Assembly: GCA_977020255.1 (NCBI GenBank)
Contig: CDROCS010001382.1
Location: 868,001 to 932,000, forward strand
Origin: Obrimoposthia wandeli
Taxonomy: Eukaryota
DNA length: 64,000 bases
Reading direction: 5' to 3'
A program made the position numbers and the translations under genes. Below the pieces are notes generated by a model that was not told the DNA's origin, made no database searches, and worked only from the letters and a program-made list of their open reading frames with translations. Positions 18,972-49,573 of the stretch are shown piece by piece (position 1 is the first letter of the stretch; every line of letters starts with the position of its first letter).

Positions 18972-19277
18972 ATGTCTGGAGAATGTTCCATCTGCTACGA
19001 GAACATCGTGGACCTCTACACCAAACCCAACAACTGCAACCACCAGTTCCACATCGAATGCCTCGAGACGTGGATCCCAATAGCCAACAACAACAATCCC
19101 CTCGACTACCCAAACTGCCCGATGTGCAGAGCAACCTTCTCGGTGCACTACGTCTACAACCGGGACAGCCTCCAAGCAGTGGTACCCATTGTACACTGTT
19201 GGAAAAACATCTGCGACTGCTGGTGTTCGTTCTACGTGGAGGAGCGACGCACAGGCCAGCCCAACACCCAGCAGTAA
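18972..19277 (+). CDS. Small RING-H2 protein 2 (101 aa), paralog of protein 1
   Basis: CSIC...CNHQFHIEC..W...CPMC and shared C-terminal CWKN..CWC; acceptor TTAACCCTCTCACAG ends 2 nt before the ATG. Confidence 0.85.
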   Translation: MSGECSICYENIVDLYTKPNNCNHQFHIECLETWIPIANNNNPLDYPNCPMCRATFSVHYVYNRDSLQAVVPIVHCWKNICDCWCSFYVEERRTGQPNTQQ

Positions 19278-19628
19278 CCGAAGGTAACTTTCTGACTTAA
19301 AACGTGACATCATGAACTACCCCTGTGTATCGCATACCGCGATAAATTAGCTACCATAATTGTAATCATAATTGTATAATCTTGTGAAACTGTAAAATGA
19401 CCATTACCATTTTTATGTATGTTGTTTATTTGAAATTGTAATTATTATACTGAAACAAAAGACAATTTTTATGCTTAGTATAAATGTGAAAAAACATGCC
19501 TAAAATCGGAACAAAACTCGGTAGGATTAAAATACTAAGGTTTATAATATTGAAACTAAAATATTAATTGCGTAAATTAATGTTAAAACCAATCGAACCC
19601 AAATTAAAAAAGTAATTATTTTGTGCAG

Positions 19629-20141
19629 ATGATTTGTTCAATTTGCCTCGAGAAGATCTGGGCAACGTCGGCATCCCCTGTCGGTTGTCGACAGAAATTC
19701 CACGAGTCCTGCATCTACTTGTGGGCCAGAGCTCGACTCCCCGGCCACATCACCTGCCCGATGTGCCGGGCACCCTTTACCGAGTGGACGCTCCAGTGCC
19801 GTGGACGACTCATGGGCACCCGCTCGCCCACCAGCTGCATTGGTGGCGAGCACTGTCAGTGCTCCATATGCCTCGCGCGCCGTCGCGACGCACGGCTCTC
19901 CATCCGAGAGAGGTGGCGATCCAGCCACGACAGCCACTCGTGGCAGCATAACCGACAAATGTGGCTCCAAAACCACAATTTGTACAGATCAGACACCGAC
20001 CTGTTTCGCCCAAGCCCACACCTCAGCATCGCACAGCAGATGGCCCTATTCCTGGAAGACACCCCATCCTTCCCGGACTTGCCACTGGAGCAAGTCCTGT
20101 TCTTCTTGGACGACCGAAACACGCCGGACGTGGACAATTAA
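19629..20141 (+). CDS. RING-H2-variant protein 3 (170 aa), GC-rich
   Basis: CSIC...CRQKFHESC..W...CPMC (first His replaced by Gln) plus C-x4-HCQCSIC; acceptor TTATTTTGTGCAG directly precedes the ATG. Confidence 0.8.
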   Translation: MICSICLEKIWATSASPVGCRQKFHESCIYLWARARLPGHITCPMCRAPFTEWTLQCRGRLMGTRSPTSCIGGEHCQCSICLARRRDARLSIRERWRSSHDSHSWQHNRQMWLQNHNLYRSDTDLFRPSPHLSIAQQMALFLEDTPSFPDLPLEQVLFFLDDRNTPDVDN

Positions 20142-20250
20142 CACTGATTTCCCCTTCATCCTTTTCTTGACCGCAACAATTAACATGACATCCAACCCAT
20201 TCACCTTCCTGATCCTTTCCTTGTCTGTAAATCATTTTTTCTTTGTGTAT

Positions 20251-20256
20251 AATAAA
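20251..20256 (+). terminator. Candidate internal polyadenylation signal after RING ORF 3
   Basis: AATAAA ~110 nt after the stop and ~195 nt before the 3' LTR; weak because the region is AT-rich. Confidence 0.35.
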
Positions 20257-20450
20257 TTAGTGAATATTTTAGACTCTGTCTAAATATTCGCTATTTTGAC
20301 GAAAACCGAGTTTTGGCAAAACGTTTGGGCCTGTTTGATGAGTTGAATGACTGAATTAGTAGGGATGAACTTAAAATCAACAGCCCAGAGGCTTGTAAGA
20401 GTAAAATCGATACGTTCCGGGGACGTAACTTTTTTAGAACCCCCGAGATA

Positions 20451-22624
20451 TGTTAGGATTAGGTTTTGTTAAAATTAAATAATTAGTTGAATTTATAGTG
20501 AATTTATAGTAAAATGAAAATCCTTGAAAACAAGGTTAAAATTAAATAAAATTAAAATTTAGAATTAAAATGTTAAAAGTAAAAGGAAAATTGAATATTA
20601 GAGGACCACGAAGGTCGTGTGAAATGCGTGAATATATATAATATTAGTTTAAAAAACAAAAGTGCAAAAAAGAAAATTAATTAGAAGATTAACGAAAAGG
20701 AAATTAAGAAACGAAGAAAATAATCCACGTCGTCAGCCACGTCACTAACAGAAGTAGCAGCTGTTTTCCTGAGGTGAGTGGTGACCGGAATTTGCATTAA
20801 TTAACTTACTAATTTCAGGACCGAGAAGCAAGAGGAATCGATTGTCAACTGAGTGACAGACACATACCTGCATAAGCTCTTCAAAATCTACACAGAAATA
20901 AGCAAGAGGAATCGATTGTCAACTGAGTGACAGACACATACCTGCATAAGCTCTTCAAAATCTACACAGAAATAGACTATATAAGTCTACACTGGAATAA
21001 CCGCAAACCACACACGATCCCCAAAAAAGAAGAGAAGAAGTCATATTATCAAGGAGAAGAAACAGAGTAGACGAATCCACGAATTAAAGGTAAAAGGAGA
21101 AACATCAGCATCACCAAAATTAATACAATACGCGCAGGTCTCGCAGCAACCAGATCTCACTGTCGATATCAACAGCTCAATTCCACTGTTGCAGTTCAAT
21201 CGTGCAAGTCGCCGCTGCTCAATTCACAGTTGCAGCCCAAGCTCTCAAATTCGCCGTTGTTCAATTCCACAGTTGCTGTCCAGCAGTTCATTTCTGTCTC
21301 GCCAATTCGAGAGGACTCATTGATAACTGGAGCAACTAAAGGTATAAATACCGCAACTTTAAAGGAATTTTGTAACAGTTATTTGAATTTGGAATCATAA
21401 ATTTAAAGGAATTTTGTAACAATTATTTGAATTTGGAATCATAAATTTAAAGGAATTTTGTAACAGTTATTTGAATTTGGAATCATAAAATTAAAGGAAT
21501 TTTGTAACAATTATTTGCATTGGGAATCATAAATTTAAAGGAATTCTGTAACAATTATTTGCATTGGGAATCATAAATTTAAAGGAATTCTGTAACAATT
21601 ATTTGAATTGGGAATCATAAATTTAAAGGAATTTTGTAACAGTTATTTGAATTTGGAATCATAAATTTAAAGGAATTTTGTAACAATTATTTGAATTGGG
21701 AATCATAAATTTAAAGGAATTTTGTAACAATTATTTGCATTGGGAATCATAAATTTAAAGGAATTCTGTAACAATTATTTGAATTGGGAATCATAAATTT
21801 AAAGGAATTTTGTAACAGTTATTTGAATTTGGAATCATAAATTTAAAGGAATTTTGTAACAATTATTTGAATTGGGAATCATAAATTTAAAGGAATTTTG
21901 TAACAATTATTTGAATTTGGAATCATCAAATTAAAGGAATTTTGTAACAATTATTTGAATTGGGAATCATAAATTTAAAGGAATTTTGTAACAATTATTT
22001 GAATTTGGAATCATCAAATTAAAGGAATTTTGTAACAATTATTTTGAATTGGGAATCATAGATTTAAAGGAATTTTGTAACAATTAATTGAAATGGGAAT
22101 CATAAATTGAAAAAGATACTTTGAACCCTAAAATAATCTGTTTTATCAAAAAGATCTAAACTACCCATAATTTTGAGCAACCAGCTCTAAATTCGTTCCC
22201 TATTTTTAGAGCAACCAGCTCTCCAAAATCTGTGCCCTGAGTTTATCCACAAGCTAGAGTAAAGACTCAAATAAGCTAACCGACCTTAACGTAAAATCGA
22301 TACGTGGTTCATCCCCACTTGTGTAGAGACTTACAGAAGTCTTAGGAATTTTACTACCACTTTTTAGAGAATACGTACGTAAACGTATTGTTGTGTTTAA
22401 TCTAGTGTGTTAACAATAAACGATTTCCTACATTAGAAAGCGTTGTTTTAAACCCTTCAGATTAAGAGACATCAAAAACAAACACCTTCAGATAAGCAAT
22501 TGAGACAGGCAACCATAACATTAAGTAGGCCACGACCAACTTTAAGACCTGCTTCTACAGAACTCACGTTGGGGCCCTCCACATTCAAGAGGATCTATAT
22601 AAGTTTCATATAGAAACCCCAACA
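20451..22624 (+). repeat. 3' LTR (2,174 bp)
   Basis: Same termini as the 5' LTR; about 10 substitutions counted by eye outside the arrays; carries a 74-bp duplication (20827-20900/20901-20974), ~17 copies of the 44-bp unit and one fewer 42-bp unit. Confidence 0.97.
21358..22107 (+). repeat. 44-bp minisatellite in 3' LTR (~17 copies)
   Basis: Same unit as 2604-2958, with variants ttgcattggg and gaattctgta seen only here. Confidence 0.95.
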
Positions 22625-22878
22625 CTCTTTTGCTGTTCGCATAATAAAATTACACAATATTTTCCCGATACTCTGAACACTTTTCACTATTTGTTATCAT
22701 TAAATCGTAATATAATGGTTTTTATATAATTTGAGAAAGTTGAAGGGTTTGCTTGAAACTTTCCACAATTTTATTTCAAGACATGAAAAAAGGAAAAACA
22801 ATAAAATCAGTTAGTAACGTGAACTATTTATATTGAATACTATGAGAAAATTGACGAAATTAAAGTCATAACTAATTA

Positions 22879-42338
<19,460 letters not shown>

Positions 42339-45300
42339 TTTCTTCGAGAAACTGAATCTAACTCCTGACTCATTGCAATACTTATATACGTGATATTCGA
42401 GTAAAGTCCTTGTATTTTTAGAAATAAAACATATTAAGAATTTATAATGTATGTCTCAGGTAACCAAAATAAACTACTGGTAAATTCAAAATGATCTAAA
42501 ACTATGTTATTGACATTTGACATTAGTGGACAAAACACTTGAAAAACGACGCCATTTTATCAGCACTCGAAATTTATGAGAATTTTGAGTTGAACGTAGT
42601 AGATAATCAAATGAATCACTTTCATGGTTACTTAAATCAAATCGCATATTCAAGATATTTTCACATCATTTAATACTGTTAATAGAAATGCATTATGTTA
42701 GGTTGAGAGAAAATAAGTTGCCACGACCTGAAATCAAATCACTTCTTAAAAGTTGGGTATTTTACCACTGAACTATAGCAGATTGCTTTTATCCGTTAAA
42801 TAAATAGAGAATTTTTATTGGAAATTATATGAAATTCATTTTTTAAAGATTTATCTTAAAACTTTTAGAACAAATTAAAGATGGCAGTGGCTGTGAAAGA
42901 AAGTTATAATTGTTTTCAGAAACTGACGAAATTGTAAAAATTATATTTATAATTGAATTATTTTTAATTTGATACTTTTATAATTTACATTAAAAGTTTT
43001 CAAAAATCCTTCAAACAAGAATAAGTTAAAATAATTCATAATACAATATTTAATGAATGATGGTTTCTGTAACAACTTTCTTAAAATGTTCCTACATTAA
43101 TTCATTTTTATAAAAAGCTAATTATAAATATTATTTGTTTAAATGTCTTATATGATTTTCATCCTAAAAAGGACCTTTGATTAAAAAGACAATAAACGTA
43201 ATTTTACACTTCCATATTGCCAACTGCTCTACTAGTCTTTGTTTGTCCTTTATACATTGAATTTAGCAAAAGATACCATAAAACATAAACTTTCCGATCA
43301 GATCTTTCTAAATTTAACTGTTTTTGGTGCTCATTAATTTCGTGAAATTAAATTTTTAACCACAAATTCTTACTTCATAAAAGTATTATTATTTTTGATT
43401 TCAACAATATGTATTTGTTTTTATTGAGCTAAAGTATTGTATCAATATACATCCAATCAAATTAATTAACACAGTTGTAATAATTAATTTCAACAACTGC
43501 ATATCAATTTGTACAGGAAGGTAAAAAAGATGTCCAACAAGGAAATATCTGATTATGTAAGTAGCTAAATAATATAATTATAATGATAATAGACCGTAAT
43601 GTGGCACACAAAATTCCCTACAGACTATATCTACCAGGATTTAACTTGACATAAAGTTAAAGTTAAATATTAACACTGATGACCATTTTTATATTTGCAG
43701 CAATAATTTGCGTACTGATAAATTATCTCTGGTATAACCTATTTTCTGTAAAATTCCAGGATTTTTCCTTTGAAAGTAAATTTAAAATTTGTATAAAATT
43801 CCCCGTCAACTTTTCCAGCCGGGAATCAGTCGGGATTCAACAAAAACATTTTTTCAATGAGTAATAAAATTCTGATGGAACTGAAATTTGGCAAGCAATT
43901 TGTGATCGATGTAAGTCCACCGTTTCCAAAGTTTCATTCAAAAATATTTATTCCTTCCGGAGATATTCTCCCGCAACCCAGGTTCTACCAGCATTTATAC
44001 ATTTCTGAAACTAAATATCGAAATTTCAATTTCCGGCTCGCGCAACCACCGAACACAAACCGCTAAAATTTGGCAAGCAATTTGTGATCAATGTCTGGCC
44101 ACCGTTCTTACTTTTTATGTGTCTATCCTACGTGAATAAATGAGGCCAGTGTGAATATGTAATTAGCAAATTAATGAAATTTTGCTTTAATGTTTATTAC
44201 AATTAGTACTAATTATTTTTTCTCAACGAGGCAAGAAATAATATGTTTTACTTTCTGTTTTGATCATTAGGAATGTGTTGTTTACCAGATAGTTGTTCTC
44301 GTTTTATCCTTATGCCACTAGTACAGTTATTTTTACTAATTTAATACTTCTGGGTATAATAACTACTGTAATTAGTAATAATTGAATTTTGTGTTTTGTT
44401 TGTAGTGCTGCAATCTTTGTGTGTTAGTTGTTAGTTTGTTTCCCTTTCTTCCTGTCTGCCTCTGTAATAAAAAGGTAACACTAATGCAAGTGAATTTACA
44501 TCCTTTTTATGGAGTACTCATAATTTATCTGTTATTAGAATTAGAAATCAACTCGAATTATTGCCACAAATTGAACAATATTTTATTGAAAAGAATTTAT
44601 TAATACAATTTTACCAATTCATCATATTTTATGGGTTTTCTCATATAACAATTTGTGAGCCCAATCAAGAGCACTAAAGGAAAACCACAGGTCGATTTTT
44701 TTTTGTTTTTACTTTTTTAAAATTCTTATTGTGAATATTTTAAATTCATTAAAATGTTTGGTATATTGTTAGATATAATTTTAAAGGGTCTACAACAATA
44801 TTTTTTGATCTATATCTTTATTTATTTTTTAAATTATACTATTATAGACGATTTTTATTGAAATAAATTTAGTTTTATACATAGTAAACAGAACTTCGTT
44901 CTGGTTGCAGTCACTTTAAAAATCTACAGAAATTTTTGAATGAAGACCATAACTATATATATTTAGAGATGACAACATGGAAATTAATTTCCCAGACAAA
45001 TAACGTAAATAATATATATTCGTTTGCGATCCTCAAATTATTAACAATTGATAATGATTATATTTGAAAAAATGTCGTTATAATAATTTGTGAAAATAAT
45101 ATTTTGGACAAATAACGTCAATCTTATATATTTGTTTCCGATCACAAAATTGTACTGGTAAAAAATAACTACTGACTGATTTTCATTATCAGTCACAGTT
45201 ATAATTCGAGCAGTCACCCGAAAATGTCGCTAGAAGTGACCACGAGATGGGAATACAGCAAAAATCAAGTGTGATTGCCTCTTACAGGGGAAAATTTCCA

Positions 45301-45484
45301 AGAATCGGTAAGACCCACTCCGGTCATAGCCGATACAGATACTGTTGCTTGGATTACAGACCGACAAAGAGGGTGAAAAACTTGGGTTGCTTTTGTGGGT
45401 GAAATACCATCTTGCTTTTTTGTTCATTTTTATCTCTGACTTTGTGATGAACAAGTACCCGCGAGATCGGAGATAAAAATTCGT

Positions 45485-45562
45485 GCCGTCTCCCTGAAGA
45501 ATCAGGCAGGACGAAACGAGGATTTTACCCCACCAGACTGAACGATTTCACCTCTGAGACAG
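45485..45562 (+). ncRNA. Degenerate type I hammerhead-ribozyme-like motif
   Basis: CTGAAGAATCAGGCAGGACGAAAC (45494-45517) matches the canonical CTGATGAGTCCGTGAGGACGAAAC at 19/24; possible stems gtctc/gagac and gagg/cctc. Stem II and the cleavage triplet are damaged. Confidence 0.4.
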
Positions 45563-46193
45563 TGGGCATCTCTGTATTTCAAGTTTATTATTAAAACATT
45601 AATTAGTAAAACCCAACATATACAACATCTTTGATTTAAAGCTTTCATATATATATATATATATATAAATATATATATGAAAGTTTTAATATCAAATTTC
45701 AATCAATAAACAACTTTTTATCTTTTATAAAATAACTTGAAGTAGCTTTAAAGGATATTATGGTACCAATTAATATGATTTTTTTTGTAATTGTTCTCAA
45801 AAATTAAAAGAAGACTTATATGCTAATCAAGCTAAAAATATGGTTAGGACTATACTTTGTGGATTAACCAAGATTACAAAGTTGAAAAAGAAAAAAAATC
45901 TGAATTTACTCAATTTAAATTTCAAGTAGAAAGTTTTATTTTTTATTTTTCAATTAAGAAAAAAAATGTAAATTTTGTAAAATGGATTTTAAAAATATAT
46001 ACAGTTGATAAAGAGATTTTAAAATTTTTGATTCCTTAATTATGCATTAAATTTTAGAATTTATTCAGATGTAAATACTTTTAATATATTAAATTCTATT
46101 CCTAACACGCGTTTATTTAAATTGCATAAATAATTGTAGGAAATTCTATTTTTCAAACTTCAATTATTCATAATCATATTTTAAGTTAAATTC

Positions 46194-49161
46194 ATGGCAT
46201 TTAAATATGCATATGCAATAGTTAGTAGTTTGCCACAGTCATTTAAACATTTTGCTAAAGAAAATACTTTTGATCTGGAAAAGGCCAAGGAAGAACATTT
46301 GAATTTTGTCGAAATATTAAGAGAAATTGGAGTTGATGTACTAGAATTAGAACCAGAAGATAGGCACCCTGAGTGTGTTAAGGTTGATGATACTGCTGTT
46401 ATCCTTAATGGCACAGCTTTAATGTGCAGTCCATATGGAGCTCATAGACAAGGAGAAGTAAATTTAATTCGACAGACATTGAAAAAAGAATTAGGTTTGA
46501 AAATAGTTGAGATTAATATGGATAATGCTAATCTAACTGGTAGTGATGTTCTATTTACGGGTATGCTTTTTATTTTTATTTTTTGCATAAAATTAATTCT
46601 ATTAAAATTAATACTTATATCTATAATTTCAGGCAAAGAAATAATTGTTGGTTTATCTGCACATACAAATGAAAATGGTGCACAAGCTGTTGCACGTGCG
46701 TTTCCTGAGTATGCCACGACAACTGTTCGTGTGTTGCCACCTTTTAGGAATCTCAAGGATGCAATTACAATGGCTGGTGTGAATGTTTTTGCTGTTGGAC
46801 AGAGCGAAGCTGCTAGAAAGATGCTGACGGTATGTTATGTCTAATAGAAAGTTCGATATTGGACATGTTTATTTATGTTTGTAAATTGTCTAAACTTGAT
46901 GGTTGTAAATCAAATAGACAGCATTATATCTTTGATATTATTAGCCAATACAATCTAAAATATAAAAATTCGGTAGGTTGAAGTCTTCATAAAATACTAT
47001 TTAAAAGTTTAGCAAGTTCATTTGCGTTTTATTGTTAATTAACATTTTTAATTTGAGTATCTGTCCTTGTTTTATGCAAAACTATTCTTAAATCCATCAT
47101 ACAATGTATGTTACATATAATGAATTAAATCAAAATGATATTTTCCAATTAACATTAATATTTATTTTTCGAACAAATATCTTTTAAATATTCAGTTATA
47201 CATTCACATTAATTACTTTTATAGATTAAATATGTGCGATATTTTGAATCCTTTGCAATTACTTCAAGTAAGTAATAGTAAAGTTCAACTTCAATCTAAT
47301 CATTTGGTTCGAGAAAAGTTACTACGGTCAAATATATGAGTTGTCAATTGAAGTAATTTAGAATAAAGTGTCAAACACAACCTGATAATTATTTTTTTGT
47401 TTGAGCATTTTAAAATTGTTTTCGAATATAAAGTAAATAAAGTAATAATTTTTTCTAAAGCTTTTGAAATAAGATTTTAAAAAGATCAGGTGTTTTTTGA
47501 TCTGGATCGGATATTTTGAAATGGTGCACATAAATATGTAACGATTTTATATAATTTGAGATTTTATTTTATTCATTCAACTTTCAGGAAATTTATTTAT
47601 AAATTGAAAAATACATTCAAAGAAATAAAATCGGAATCAATTTAGATAATACATTTTAAAACTATTTTCACATAAATTGGTTGTGGTATAATCAGTGACT
47701 GATATGATATTTTATACTGTGTTTAAATAAATAATTTTTTTCCTAAATTGTTTTCCGAATTTCTGTGACTTGATACTTTTAAAAATTGCATATTTATTAT
47801 ACAGCGAAACTATTTTAAAGTTTGAATTTTGTACTTAGTATGTTGTTTAAAATTATTTTAAATATACTATATCATCTCCATATAAAATGCATCATCGTAT
47901 TGACAGAAAATTTGAAGATAAAAACTTTATTTAAATTTTTTGTTTTGAAAAAATACAAACCAAAATGAAGTTTAATGTATTGTAACCTGATACTGAGCCT
48001 TTTTTATAATGCAGGCTCTTTTATTGAAAACTAAAGAGCAATATTGTTTCCTAAAGATATCGCAAAAATAATTTGTTTATAAGTTGTTTATTACTTTAAT
48101 TGAAAATTTCGTTTTTCTTTAAATAAATTTATTTTATTTTTGTTTCATAAGTAGCTAAAGTATCAGGCTATCCATGCTACTCAGTTAACATTTTATCAAT
48201 TAATTTAATTATTTAGTTTAACGTTTTTATAAGTAATGAATTAATTTTATAATTCTGTACATAATTTTTCATCATTACACATTTTGGGTTAGTATAATTT
48301 TATCTTATATTTATTATTTATCGGTATTTTTCAAGTTAAATTCAGACATTTTTGAGATATGTCTAAAATGTTTCGGCTTTATTAAATTTATGTCATTTGT
48401 TTTTAGTATTTTGGTTAAAATTCTGAAACTATTTAATTTCTTACATTTAAAATTAGTCTATTTTTAAAATAGTGCTAACGAAAAGTAATAACTTAATTTT
48501 GCGTATACATTTTTTCTAGTTTATTATTTATCGTTTTTTTTCAATCTTCGTTTTTGTAAATGTTTAAAATGATTTACCTTTTCGTTTATCAATTAATACG
48601 ACTTATATAATACCTGTTCAACTTTGCTTCATTTTACATTCCCGTCAGAGGTAAGATTGGACAACTTTCTCTCAATTTAATTTGAATTTGTCAAAAACAA
48701 CTGATGTATTGTCTAAAAATAATTAAATGTCGAGACTTTATTTCAAAAAATTTCTTTCAATATGCCATAAAATACCAACAATAATAAGAGATTTTATTTA
48801 AAAAATAGGCGATGCATATTATACAGGGAAGACTCAAAAAGCATTCTCCGTATCGCATATTTTGAACTGCTCCAATTTTCCTAATATCCAGGAAATCATG
48901 AGTGTTGTCACCTACAACTACAAACAGATCACCTTGCCCGAAGATATTGCGGCCCAGACCTTCTATATCAACCACATCCTCATTCACCTCTGCGATTCGA
49001 TGGTTCCCAACAGCTATGGTGTCTTTGAGAATAAGATCGACTTCAATCGACTTCCTGTGGAGCTCTCTGAGCTCTACAAAGTCGGTGTGACCTTACCTAA
49101 ACTGGCGCTATTGGTGGGGAGGTTCAAGAACCAGAAGAGCATTGTGTCCACATTGCCGTGA
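46194..49161 (+). CDS. DDAH: Dimethylarginine dimethylaminohydrolase-like protein, 3 coding exons, 277 aa
   Basis: Exons 46194-46560, 46633-46829, 48892-49161 (GT-AG, 834 nt); motifs HPECVKVDDTAV, HRQGEV, LTGSDVLFTGKEIIVGLS, TNENGA, PVELSEL. Confidence 0.88.
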
Positions 49162-49504
49162 CTGTCAGTGGTATTCAGTACCATACACATTTACACCTAC
49201 AAACTGACTGAGTTGATTGTCTCGGTGATGTGATGAGAGTCCACTGCACAATTTTTCCTATCACGACTGCCGCCCTTCCGCGACAATAGGTGAATTCTTC
49301 AGTGTTGTGCGCTCTACTGAATCTGCTTGTTTCTAAGTGTGTTTGTGTTTGATAACTATTATCTCTATAAATTTTTCTTAAACATTAATAGTAATACATT
49401 TTATAATTTTGTTATTAGTGTCTTCTACAATAAAAGTACAATGTTTCGTCAAAATTATTATATAATCTTTGGAAGATATTGAAATATTTTTTAAAAAATT
49501 ATTT

Positions 49505-49573
49505 CAGTGAAACCTTGATATAACGAAATTATTTGCTTAGTCTCTGAAATTTCGTTATATCGGGGATTCGCTG
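49505..49573. mobile_element. 69-bp hairpin MITE (Tc1/pogo-like ends)
   Basis: cagtgaaaccttgatataacgaa...ttcgttatatcggggattcgctg form imperfect 23-bp inverted repeats. Confidence 0.6.

Larger units (their letters stand above)
1729..22624 (+). mobile_element. Giant (20.9 kb) env-bearing Ty3/Gypsy (Metaviridae-like) LTR retrotransposon with cargo domains
   Basis: Two near-identical LTRs TGTTAGG...CCCCAACA, CTCT flanking both ends, PBS after the 5' LTR, and gag plus PR-RT-RH-IN in Gypsy order. Confidence 0.97.

Noticed and set aside
19634-20283. Overlapping alternative-frame ORFs around RING3
   Set aside because: Expected in GC-rich DNA; only the RING frame has a domain and an acceptor-ATG.
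21358-22107. CRISPR-like array
   Set aside because: Head-to-tail 44-bp units with no unique spacers, inside a eukaryotic LTR.
43883-44105. ~35-bp direct repeat pair aaatttggcaagcaatttgtgatc
   Set aside because: Probably an internal repeat of an old transposon; no termini or coding signal found.
48862-49161. Stand-alone 99-aa ORF
   Set aside because: It is the last exon of the DDAH-like gene (acceptor at 48891).
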